Shown: one piece after another, positions 46,392 through 59,200 of the stretch
How the letters are laid out: every line of letters starts with the position of its first letter
Position numbering within the stretch: position 1 is the first letter of the stretch
NCBI GenBank assembly: GCA_977862235.1
Contig: OZ374564.1
Coordinates: 868,001 to 932,000 of the forward strand
Direction: 5' to 3'
DNA from: Dudresnaya verticillata
Lineage: Eukaryota
DNA length: 64,000 nt
The notes under the pieces: generated by a model
What the model saw: the letters and a program-made list of their open reading frames with translations, nothing else
Told to the model about the DNA's origin: nothing
Database searches by the model: none
Position numbers and translations under genes: made by a program

Positions 46392-49300
46392 TCAACACTC
46401 CTCCTCGATGGCTCCTCCAAGTCCAACCCTGGGTAGAATCCTATTGAGCAAAGTGGGCCCGAGTGGCTTTGTCAGCAAGTCCGCGTCGATGTCTTCTGAC
46501 GGCACATACACCACTTCCAGAACAGAGTCGGCGACAAGTTCGCGAATGAAGTGTACACGAACGTCGATGTGCTTGGCACGACCAGACGAACAACGTTCTC
46601 CAGTAGCCCAATTGATGGCAGACTGGTTGTCTGATCTCAATGGAACCGGACCTTCGACGTTCAAGTCAGCCTCCTTCAGCACTCGCGTGACCCAAACCGT
46701 CTCTTTCGCAGCCAGAGTCATTGCATAGTACTCCGACTCGCAAGTTGAGAGAGCAACAGTTGACTGCTTCTTGGATCCCCAAATACACACTGCATCTCCC
46801 AGTTTCACCATGTAACCAGACATAGATTTTCGGTCTGTGGTGTCACCGGCATAGTCAGCGTCCACATAAGCTTGGATACGAGTGGTTCCGGACTGGTACG
46901 TAACTCCATGCTTGTGAGTGCCTCGAAGATATCGCAGAACCCTCTTTACACCACGGTGACAGTACGCAGTTGGAGCCTTCTGGAACCGTGCGAGGATAAG
47001 CACAGAGGCCAAAATTTCCAGCCTTGTGCGAAGCCCCAAGTACAGAAGTGACCCGATCATCTGCTGGTACGTCTCAACCGACACGACGGCCTTGTCCTCT
47101 TCGGCGGCAAGTCCAGTGAAGAAAGACTCAACCATTGGCGTACAAGCCGGCTTAGAGTTCTGAAGTCCAAATCGACGAAGAACACTTTCCGTGTAGACCT
47201 GTTGAGTCATCTTCAGGGACACAAATCTGCCATCAGAGTCTAGCTTCCATCCAAGCTCGACTCCGAGGAAGAGGTCAACCCCTTCAAACAGCCGTAGATC
47301 GTAGAGGCCCTGCAGTTCCTTAACAATGGCGTCTCTCTCCGCCTTTGTGGGTGCGAGGATGAGCAAGTCATCAACGTACACCAAGATGTATGCGTATCCA
47401 GAAGACTTGGATTTGCGACGAAACACGCAAGGTGCACTTGGCAATTCCTCAAACATCATCCTAGCAAGGTCACCACACAGCTTGGTGTGCCAAGCTAGGT
47501 GAGCCTGTTTTAGCCCATACATAGCTTTCAGAAGTTTGTAACAGAGAGATTCCCTTCCAGGAATCCCACGCGGTGACATTACCCACACGTGTTCTGCCAG
47601 ATCACCATTCAGGAAAGCCGTCTTCACGTCTAGCTGTGCAACAAACAGGTTCAAACACAGTACCAAGTATAGGAACATGCGCACCAGCGAGAACGACACA
47701 ACTGGGGCGTATGTTTCCATGTAGTCTTCACCATACGTCTGGAAGTTTCCACCAGCGACGACCCGCGCTTTGAAGCGCTCGACCGTCCCGTCGGACTTGC
47801 GTTTAACTTTCAGCACGGCGTGCGTTGGAAGCGGCTGTGCACCGGGACTGTCATCACGGACCCATGCAGTGGGGAACTTCAAAATGCCATGTTTTGGAGC
47901 CCGAAAACTGCACCAAACGAGCAATGTACTACCTGAATGGTCAGAAAATTGACGTGGTAGACACTGCAAAGTACCTGGGAGTGACTCTGAAAGGTACCAA
48001 ACTGGCACCTGACAAGAATTTGGAACGAGTTAAGGCGGCTCATCAACGCCTAAACTTACTCAAGGCGGTCGGCGTACACCGCAAATATGTGCCTAGCGCA
48101 CGACTTGTGGACATCTGCCGCACGTATATCTACCCAGTTGCGGACTTTAGCACCCATTTGATGCCGATCGACACGGCCGGCAAGTGCGATTTGAGTCATC
48201 AACTCGAGTTGCTGGACTACAAAGTGGCAGAATTTGCACTTGGGTGCATTGCCAAAGAGCCTATGTGGCCTCGCAGTGGCCGCATCCGCGGGCGCCTACC
48301 ACGTCATTTGAAGATGGCCAAGCTGCCGGACTGGTTGCAGCGTATCCGTCTGCGCCTTCGCAGTCTTGGTAAACGCCTCACAAAACGAGCTCACCGCAAC
48401 CGTGGCGACGTGCTCGCCATGACAGATATGTTAGAATTCCGAAGTTTCCGGGCGCAGAATAAGAGTCCTCTGGACATGAGGAACCAGGATCTCCGTGATT
48501 CGTGGGAGGGCCTGTGTCGCCAACGTCGGCGGCGCATTCCAGTTCCCGACTCTGGATTCGTTCCGATTCTACACATTAGGGATCGTAAGCTGCGAGATGC
48601 CGGGATTCGATGGTATTGTGGGTCATTTCCCGGAAAACCGGATGTCCTCAAGACTCGACTTGGTCCCGAGGTCTACAGGTTGCACAAAGCCCGAATTGAG
48701 TCTGGATTGAGTGTGAAGCGTTGGAATGCGGGCGTGCAAGCCCGACTCCTAGATAGTCTGAAGGCATTTCTGGATGTCTTAGATGACCAAAACTGTGTTG
48801 GTCAGAAGCGCAAACGCGAGGATTTGAGTCCCGTGCACAGAACGACCAAGAAGCGCAAACCAAGTTAGCAAATCATCGCATTGGAAGCATGTAGTACCGA
48901 ATATGTTTTAGAGTTTGCATGAAGGTTGAAGACGTACTCCCTTGCCACATAGTGTAGCGTAGCTACAACTTAGGACACTGAGGCGTCTCTAAATAAATCA
49001 CACATTTCGACCCAAGTGCCTTTGGATTCCAAGGATGCGAACTCATCATCAATGGCAGATTGCCACAACCCGCGCTCCTCCGGAGTGGCAGACATGGCCT
49101 CTCGAAGAGTGGGCTCATCTCCCGTTGTGAGGGCAACCTGTTGTTCAGCTTGTGCAGAGCTTGCCATAAACCATTTCGACGTCTGGCGACGTTGGCGACG
49201 AGGATATCGACTCTGTTGCTGGCGTTCTGGATCTGAACTCACACCAGCCGGAGGATTGTCAGAGACGTTTTCTTCCTCAGCAGTGTCATCAGATTCGAAT

Positions 49301-51864
49301 GAGCTGGGTTCTGATGGAGGTAGTGGAGGTGAAGAAGGTGTGTCAACTTCAATTGCATCCTCTTCATCCTCAAAGTTACCCAGCGACACATCGTCATCAG
49401 AGTCCGAGTTGAAAATAGAGGCCTCTGAGTTAGACTCGTAATCTTCATCCGAATCTGCCTCGTCCTGCCCATATTCCAACAGGCTTGGAGCACCCGGGAA
49501 TTTGGACTCGTCGAATGTGACATGCCGCGACTCAACCACACGAGGTATACCGTCACCGCCAGTGACCAATATCCTGTAGATCCCATGCTCTAGAGTCTCC
49601 AAGTGCACCCCCTCAAGTGCACGAGACTCGAAGTTGGATCCGCGTGGGAGCCTTAGGACATATGCAGCACATCCAAACACTCTTAAATGTTTTAAATCAG
49701 GAACATCACCTGTCATGACCGAGTATGGCGTAGCCCCAACGGTTGAGTGTGGTACCCTATTGCGCACGTAGTTGACATGCTTCAGTGCAAACGGCCACAA
49801 ACATCCCGGTAGATCAGCCTGGATCAGCAAAGTCAGGGCAGCTTCCACCATGGTTCGGTTCACCCTTTCCGCGATTCCATTGAGCTCCGGAGTATAAGGT
49901 GGGGAGAAGGATTTGCCACTGTCTCCAACTCCTCCCAAATCTTTCTGCAAAGCCAAATACTCCTGAGCCCCGTCTGAGTGGAGTTTTGTTATTTCCGCTC
50001 CTCCAAGCTCGATAAACTTTGCTGAAGCTTGATCTAATGCTGCACTCAACATACGGCGACTTCTCATACATGCGACGACCAAGAAACGGGATTTATCATC
50101 CAGAAACGTCGTGGCATATCGGAAACGATCGGGAAAGGAGATCTGGATTGGACCAACAATGTCGGAATGCACGAGATCACCGACAGCTTTGGCCGGGTGG
50201 AAGTGCCCTGGGAATGATTGTTTGTGTGCTTTCCCAAGTCTACAAGCCCGACACACTTCATGAGTGGAGCCCAACTCCGGAACACCCTCAACATGCTCGT
50301 GCACTTTGGCCAAGTCCCGAAAATTAATGTGGCCAAGACGTCGATGCCAGAGCTCAGTAGTTTGCTGCGTGCTGGGGACAGCCAGTACTTGCTCCTCCGA
50401 AGTGTGCAGCTCGGGTTCTGGTAGCATGTACATTCCAGAACTCGCATCGCGAACACCGGATCCAATATAGTACCCATCAGAGTCGAGTACCAAGCGCACG
50501 TCCAAGCGGCGAAAGTGGGATTCAATTCCTTTATCTGCCAAACGCCCAGTAGAGACAAGATTGTATCCCATCTGCGGGATGAAGAGGGCCTTCTTGAGCC
50601 GAATATTGGCATGCTCAAACGGCAGAATCACATCTCCACATAGGTCTGAGGTGATAGACGACTTGTCCGCAAGCACTACAGTACGCTTTTCGCAGCGCGA
50701 TACTGAGCTCGGTACAAAAGAAGTCATTGAGTGGAAGCAATGCACAGTTGCTCCACTGTCGGCATACGTTCCTTGGTCGTTCGGAGGAACAACAGTAGTC
50801 ATCTCAACCGATGCACCGGCGATTTCTACCTTTGCAGATTTACCATTATTCTTACCAGATGCAGCTACCGCCGAGTTGGCGTTGCCCTTTTTGCCCTGGT
50901 TGGTGAACATCTGTCGCACCTTTGGAGGAAGCTTGTTGTTAGGATTTTCCGGATTTAGATAGCATCGATCCGCGGTGTGTCCATCCTTGTCGCAAACATC
51001 ACAGTGAAGGTGCCGGTTCGGGGTGGAGTGAGCCTGCTTGGCGGACTTGAGTGCAACCGCCAACGCACGGACGGTGGATTCAATATCAGAAGAGTCATCG
51101 GAGTCGTCGTTGTCATCCAGCGGGTTGTGTTGCTGGCGAGAACCTGACGACGCGGACTTCTTTTTCTTCTTCCGACGACTCTTCGACTTACTGGATCTCC
51201 CACCTGCGTTTGATCCATGACAATCTTTGGCGTTGTACTCATCGATCAGCGTGGTTGCGACGTAGTCCCAAGTCAGCTCAGCAGCATCTTTGGTGCGAAG
51301 AGCTGCAGCTGTTGACTCCAGGTGGCAGGACGGATCAATGGAAGCAAGCAGCATAGGTGCCTTATGTGTCTCCGGTATCGCCGAGTCGTTGCCCATGCGG
51401 TCGAGTTGGGCGAACAGTGACGTGTACTGGTCGACATAGTTGGACATATTCTGACCGGTGTACGTCATACGGAATAGCTTGGTCTGTACGGCGATACGGG
51501 ATACGGTTCGACTGGACGCATAGCGCGAGTCCAATAGCTCCAGCATGCGTTTGGGGTCATCATCAACCTCCATAACGACACGAAGCGGAGCATCACCAAG
51601 TGCGGAGATAATGATCCCGCAAGCCTTCTCACGTTTGGCCAAGGTTCTGGCGTGAAGAATGGAAGTATCCGCTGAGGCCTCTCCAGTTGACTGTGAGCTG
51701 CTCGGTGTGTCGTTTGAGGTGTGGACAACATTCCAAACCCCTTTGATGCGGCATGCGGCACGAAGGCGATGACGCCAGAGACTGTAGTCGTCACCTCTCC
51801 TGCCGTGGAAACGGGGTATCTTGACCCCGCTCGAAGTATCCATCTCGGCTTCGGTATCAGTCAT
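46392..51864 (-). pseudogene. Copia-3 polyprotein disrupted by LINE insertion at the start of RT
   Basis: 49009-51864 encodes Gag-PR-IN up to SKGTWV; 46392-47864 resumes WVRDDS..EEEC. Confidence 0.93.
47865..49008 (+). mobile_element. 5'-truncated LINE copy, TSD GACCCA
   Basis: Matches 3035-4178 (one substitution seen, ESAL vs ESGL). GACCCA at 47859-47864 and 49009-49014. Confidence 0.95.
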
Positions 51865-52184
51865 CGCTGTTGGGACTGATGGTGAGAAGAGACAACTTGA
51901 ATAGTTTTAGAAAACTTGGTGAACTTGGGGCAGTGCTGTTAGTGCAACAGTGTCGATGCCCAGAGGGTAATAGTCGTGCGAAGCAGAGCAGTGCAGCTCA
52001 CACAACGAAGACGTGACGACGAAACTGAGAAATGTGTCGAACACGTCGGTAATATAATACAGTCACAAGCGGAGCACACTTTGCCAAGTAGCTCCCACGC
52101 TTGGAGTAATCAAACTCTCAGGTGATGATGGGATCACCTGGACTGAAGAAGAAAAGTTGAAACTTGAAGTTGAAAAGTTGATCA

Positions 52185-53299
52185 AGGCTCACCTAGCTTG
52201 GCACACCAAGCTGTGTGGTGACCTTGCTAGGATGATGTTTGAGGAATTGCCAAGTGCACCTTGCGTGTTTCGTCGCAAATCCAAGTCTTCTGGATACGCA
52301 TACATCTTGGTGTACGTTGATGACTTGCTCATCCTCGCGCCCAGAAAGGCGGAGAGAGACGCCATTGTTAAGGAACTGCAGGGCCTCTACGATCTACGGC
52401 TGTCTGAAGGGGTTGACCTCTTCCTCGGAGTCGAGCTTGGATGGAAGCTAGACTCTGATGGCAGATTTGTGTCCCTCAAGATGACTCAACAGGTCTACAC
52501 GGAAAGTGTTCTTCGTCGATTTGGACTTCAGAACTCTAAGCCGGCTTGTACGCCGATGGTTGAGTCTTTCTTCACTGGACTTGCCGCCGAAGAGGACAAG
52601 GCCGTCGTGTCGGTTGAGACGTACCAGCAGATGATCGGGTCACTTCTGTACTTGGGGCTTCGCACAAGGCTGGACATTTTGGCCTCTGTGCTTATCCTCG
52701 CACGGTTCCAGAAGGCTCCAACTGCGTACTGTCACCGTGGTGTAAAGAGGGTTCTGCGATATCTTCGAGGCACTCACAAGCATGGAGTTACGTACCAGTC
52801 CGGAAGCATTCGTATCCAAGCTTATGTGGACGCTGACTATGCCGGTGACACCACAGACCGAAAATCTATGTCTGGTTACATGGTGAAACTGGGAGATGCA
52901 GTGTGTATTTGGGGATCCAAGAAGCAGTCAACTGTTGCTCTCTCAACTTGCGAGTCGGAGTACTATGCAATGACTCTGGCTGCGAAAGAGACGGTTTGGG
53001 TCACGCGAGTGCTGAAGGAGGCCGACTTGAACGTCGAAGGCCCGGTTCCATTGAGATCAGACAACCAGTCTGCCATCAATTGGGCTACTGGAGAACGCTG
53101 TCCGTCTGGTCGTGCCAAGCACATCGACGTTCGTGTACACTTCATTCGCGAACTTGTCGCCGACTCTGTTCTGGAAGTGGTGTATGTGCCGTCAGAAGAC
53201 AACGACGCGGACTTGCTGACAAAGCCACTCGGCCCCACTTTGCTCAATAGGATTCTACCAAGGGTTGGACTTGGAGGAGCCATCGAGGAGGAGTGTTGA
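52185..53299 (+). pseudogene. Copia pol 3' fragment (RT end + RNase H) running into an LTR shared with Copia-4
   Basis: Starts at AGGCTCACC (AHLAWH). Shares APRK and GSIRIQ variants with Copia-4. Confidence 0.9.
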
Positions 53300-56200
53300 G
53301 GACATGGTCGCTGGCGCCTCACGTCACGGGTCAGGTACCCCAGATGGTACCCTGGCACGCTTTCACCAAACCTTCCGGAGACGACAGCCCTTTTTCCGGG
53401 CTTCCAAAATCACGGCGCATTTAGGCCTTTTGCAAAAGCAACGTGAAACGGGCTTCTGATTGGTTGTTACAAACCGCCTCCATGGTCTATATGGCTTACA
53501 AGTGTTGTGCTGGAATTGGCGGTTATAACAGGAACGGCCAAGTGGAACGATCTGATTGGACCACATGGATGCACGTGGTATGGCATGGAATGGTACTGGT
53601 ATGACGCGCACTGTACTCCACAAGTACATATGAACGTGCCATGCAATGTGCTGATGGCGTCTGAGTTGGTACTGCAGGGACTTGCGCTACGTGGAGCCTG
53701 GCTTGTGATATCAGCAGATGCAGTTGTCGTGCGGCCAACACGTCGGTTTACAGTTGCCACGTAGCTGTCGTGCGCCCGACACGTTGGTTTACAGTTGCCA
53801 CGTAGGTGTCGTGCGGCCGACACGTTGGTTTACAGCTGCCACGTAGGCAAATCTGGGTGATTACGTGGTCAATGATCCAAGTTGGATATTCATGGACGGA
53901 CTTCAGCTCGTAAGTGCGGCCACGTGGTGTGCAGTGTTGTCCGACAGCAGCCATGCGGGGACACTCGATACTTTCGAGTTCCCGCCCAAAGTTGGAGTAC
54001 ATATGGATGGCAGGAAATGCGGTCGCAAGAGGGATTGCTGATGTCAGCAGTTAGCAACACTGGTGTGCAAGTTCCCGCCCATTTTGGTGGCGGATGTGAG
54101 TGTGCTGAGAGTATGATTTGGTAGATTTGATTGCTTTACTTTTTCCCGCCCATTTGATGATAGGGATTTTGGGCGTTTCTTTAATGATTTGTTTTGTTTG
54201 TGTTCACGCAGCAACTCATCCGAAAAGCTGATATAAGCCATGTCGGATGGTCGACTGCAGTAAACGAAGTCAAGCGACTTCCATTTCTCATCTTGTTCAA
54301 CTCCAACCTCTCCATATTTCTTTTAGGTTATGGGCCCAGAAGGTCGACCTACGCAGACTTCATCGCTTCGCTGCAACCTTCTTCCTTTTTCTTTTCATTC
54401 TTGATACTGTCCGGTCCCGTCCTGGCCTGTCCTGTCTGCTTGTGTCCTGTCCTGTCTGCTTGTGTCCTGTCCTGTCGGCTTGTGTCCTGTCCTGTCTGCT
54501 TGTTGTCTGTTGAAAGTGGTCCCTATCCCACTGTGTCGGCTTGTGTCTCTGATTTTGTGAGAGAGTTCTCGAGGCTCTCGTCCGCTGTTGTCTTGGTCCG
54601 TGAGCTTGCTGAGAGGTTGAGTGTTGTGCGTGGTGACTCTCGTTAAGTCAGGACCTCGTTGGCCTAGGGGAGCAGCCTCCAGTAAGATCCAGAACCTTGA
54701 CACAGTTGGGCCTAGTTCCATTCCTGTAAGAGACTGGACCTGTTCGTGTGGTGAACACTCGTTTTGAGTTAGTACCCATAAGGTGGACGTCTCGTAAGGA
54801 TTGCATACTTCGTGTCTGTGTGCGCACGACACGAAAGGGCTGCTGAAAGACGCATTTCACCCGGAGAATCATATCCGGGGGCCAGGAGTCCGACTCCTAG
54901 GGGTGACTAGGTAGAACCTGGTGCCAGAACATCCCGCGTCAAAAAGACGTTCAACTATCAAGAATCAACTTTTCAACTTCAAGTTTCAACTTTTCTTCTT
55001 CAGTCCAGGTGATCCCATCATCACCTGAGAGTTTCATTACTCCAAGCGTGGGAGCTACTTGGCAAAGTGTGCTCCGCTTGTGACTGTATTATATTACCGA
55101 CGTGTTCGACACATTTCTCAGTTTCGTCGTCACGTCTTCGTTGTGTGAGCTGCACTGCTCTGCTTAACACGACTATTACCCTCTGGGCATCGACACTGTT
55201 GCACTAACAGCACTGCCCCAAGTTTACCAAGTTTTCTAAAACTATTCAAGTTATCTCTTCTCACCACCAGTCGCAACAGCGATGACTGATACCGAAGCCG
55301 AGATGGATACTTCGAGCGGGGTCAAGATACCCCGTTTCCACGGCAGGAGAGGTGACGACTACAGTCTCTGGCGTCATCGCCTTCGTGCCGCATGCCGCAT
55401 CAAAGGGGTTTGGAATGTTGTCCACACCTCAAACGACACACCGAGTAGCTCACAGTCAACTGGAGAGGCCTCAGCGGATACTTCCATTCTTCACGCCAGA
55501 ACCTTGGCCAAACGTGAGAAGGCTTGCGGGATCATTATCTCCGCACTTGGTGATGCTCCGCTTCGTGTCGTTATGGAGGTTGATGATGACCCCAAACGCA
55601 TGCTGGAGCTATTGGACTCGCGCTATGCGTCCAGTCGAACCGTATCCCGTATCGCCGTACAGACCAAGCTATTCCGTATGACGTACACCGGTCAGAATAT
55701 GTCCAGCTATGTCGACCAGTACACGTCACTGTTCGCCCAACTCGACCGCATGGGCAACGACTCGGCGATACCGGAGACACATAAGGCACCTATGCTGCTT
55801 GCTTCCATTGATCCGTCCTGCCACCTGGAGTCAACAGCTGCAGCTCTTCGCACCAAAGATGCTGCTGAGCTGACTTGGGACTACGTCGCAACCACGCTGA
55901 TCGATGAGTACAACGCCAAAGATTCTCATGGATCAAACGCAGGTGGGAGATCCAGTAAGTCGAAGAGTCGTCGGAAGAAGAAAAAGAAGTCCGCGTCGTC
56001 AGGTTCTCGCCAGCAACACAACCCGCTGGATGACAACGACGACTCCGATGACTCTTCTGATATTGAATCCACCGTCCGTGCGTTGGCGGTTGCACTCAAG
56101 TCCGCCAAGCAGGCTCACTCCACCCCGAACCGGCACCTTCACTGTGATGTTTGCGACAAGGATGGACACACCGCGGATCGATGCTATCTCAATCCGGAAA

Positions 56201-59200
56201 ATCCTAACAACAAGCTTCCTCCAAAGGTGCGACAGATGTTCACCAACCAGGGCAAAAAGGGCAACGCCAACTCGGCGGTAGCTGCATCTGGTAAGAATAA
56301 TGGTAAATCTGCAAAGGTAGAAATCGCCGGTGCATCGGTTGAGATGACTACTGTTGTTCCTCCGAACGACCAAGGAACGTATGCCGACAGTGGAGCAACT
56401 GTGCATTGCTTCCACTCAATGACTTCTTTTGTACCGAGCTCAGTATCGCGCTGCGAAAAGCGTACTGTAGTGCTTGCGGACAAGTCGTCTGTCACCTCAG
56501 ACCTATGTGGAGATGTGATTCTGCCGTTTGAGCATGCTAATATTCGGCTCAAGAAGGCCCTCTTCATCCCGCAGATGGGATACAATCTTGTCTCTACTGG
56601 GCGTTTGGCAGATAAAGGAATTGAATCCCACTTTCGCCGCTTGGACGTGCGCTTGGTACTCGACTCTGATGGGTACTATATTGGATCCGGTGTTCGCGAT
56701 GCGAGTTCTGGAATGTACATGCTACCAGAACCCGAGCCGCACACTTCGGAGGAGCAAGTACTGGCTGTCCCCAGCACGCAGCAAACTACTGAGCTCTGGC
56801 ATCGACGTCTTGCCCACATTAATTTTCGGGACTTGGCCAAAGTGCACGAGCATGTTGAGGGTGTTCCGGAGTTGGGCTCCACTCATGAAGTGTGTCGGGC
56901 TTGTAGGCTTGGGAAAGCACACAAACAATCATTCCCAGGGCACTTCCGCCCGGCCAAAGCTGTCGGTGATCTCGTGCATTCCGACATTGTGGGTCCAATC
57001 CAGATCTCCTTTCCCGATCGTTTCCGGTATGCCACGACGTTTCTGGATGATAAATCCCGTTTCTTGGTCGTCGCATGTATGAGAAGTCGCCGTATGTTGA
57101 GTGCAGCATTTGATCAAGCTTCAGCAAAGTTTATCGAGCTTGGAGGAGCGGAAATAACAAAACTCCACTCAGACGGGGCTCAGGAGTATTTGGCTTTGCA
57201 GAAAGATTTGGGAGGAGTTGGAGACAGTGGCAAATCCTTCTCCCCACCTTATACTCCGGAGCTCAATGGAATCGCGGAAAGGGTGAACCGAACCATGGTG
57301 GAAGCTGCCCTGACTTTGCTGATCCAGGCTGATCTACCGGGATGTTTGTGGCCGTTTGCACTGAAGCATGTCAACTACGTGCGCAATCGGGTTCCACACT
57401 CAACCGTTGGTGCTACGCCATACTCGGTCATGACAGGTGATGTTCCTGATTTAAAACATTTAAGAGTGTTTGGATGTGCTGCATATGTCCTAAGGCTCCC
57501 ACGCGGATCCAAGTTCGAGTCTCGTGCACTTGAGGGGGTGCACTTGGAGACTCTAGAGCATGGGATCTACAGGATATTGGTCACTGGCGGTGACGGTATA
57601 CCTCGTGTGGTTGAGTCGCGGCATGTCACATTCGACGAGTCCAAATTCCCGGGTGCTCCAAGCCTGTTGGAATATGGGCAGGACGAGGCAGATTCGGATG
57701 AAGATTACGAGTCTAACTCAGAGGCCTCTATTTTCAACTCGGACTCTGATGACGATGTGTCGCTGGGTAACTTTGAGGATGAAGAGGATGCAATTGAAGT
57801 TGACACACCTTCTTCACCTCCACTACCTCCATCAGAACCCAGCTCATTCGAATCTGATGACACGGCTGAGGAAGAAAACGTCTCTGACAGTCCTCCGGCT
57901 GGTGTGAGTTCAGATCCAGAACGCCAGCAACAGAGTCGATATCCTCGTCGCCAACGTCGCCAGACGTCGAAATGGTTTATGGCGAGCTCTGCACAAGCTG
58001 AACAACAGGTTGCCCTCACAACGGGAGATGAGCCCACTCTTCGAGAGGCCATGTCTGCCACTCCGGAGGAGCGCGGGTTGTGGCAATCTGCCATTGATGA
58101 TGAGTTCGCATCCTTGGAATCCAAAGGCACTTGGGTCCGTGATGACAGTCCCGGTGCACAGCCGCTTCCAACGCACGCCGTGCTGAAAGTTAAACGCAAG
58201 TCCGACGGGACCGTCGAGCGCTTCAAAGCGCGGGTCGTCGCTGGTGGAAACTTCCAGACGTATGGTGAAGACTACATGGAAACATACGCCCCAGTTGTGT
58301 CGTTCTCGCTGGTGCGCATGTTCCTATACTTGGTACTGTGTTTGAACCTGTTTGTTGCACAGCTAGACGTGAAGACGGCTTTCCTGAATGGTGATCTGGC
58401 AGAACACGTGTGGGTAATGTCACCGCGTGGGATTCCTGGAAGGGAATCTCTCTGTTACAAACTTCTGAAGGCTATGTATGGGCTAAAACAGGCTCACCTA
58501 GCTTGGCACACCAAGCTGTGTGGTGACCTTGCTAGGATGATGTTTGAGGAATTGCCAAGTGCACCTTGCGTGTTTCGTCGCAAATCCAAGTCTTCTGGAT
58601 ACGCATACATCTTGGTGTACGTTGATGACTTGCTCATCCTCGCGCCCAGAAAGGCGGAGAGAGACGCCATTGTTAAGGAACTGCAGGGCCTCTACGATCT
58701 ACGGCTGTCTGAAGGGGTTGACCTCTTCCTCGGAGTCGAGCTTGGATGGAAGCTAGACTCTGATGGCAGATTTGTGTCCCTCAAGATGACTCAACAGGTC
58801 TACACGGAAAGTGTTCTTCGTCGATTTGGACTTCAGAACTCTAAGCCGGCTTGTACGCCGATGGTTGAGTCTTTCTTCACTGGACTTGCCGCCGAAGAGG
58901 ACAAGGCCGTCGTGTCGGTTGAGACGTACCAGCAGATGATCGGGTCACTTCTGTACTTGGGGCTTCGCACAAGGCTGGACATTTTGGCCTCTGTGCTTAT
59001 CCTCGCACGGTTCCAGAAGGCTCCAACTGCGTACTGTCACCGTGGTGTAAAGAGGGTTCTGCGATATCTTCGAGGCACTCACAAGCATGGAGTTACGTAC
59101 CAGTCCGGAAGCATTCGTATCCAAGCTTATGTGGACGCTGACTATGCCGGTGACACCACAGACCGAAAATCTATGTCTGGTTACATGGTGAAACTGGGAG

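Noticed and set aside
46392..48868. 538-aa and 347-aa ORFs as novel fusion genes
   Set aside because: Chance read-through across the LINE/Copia insertion junction.
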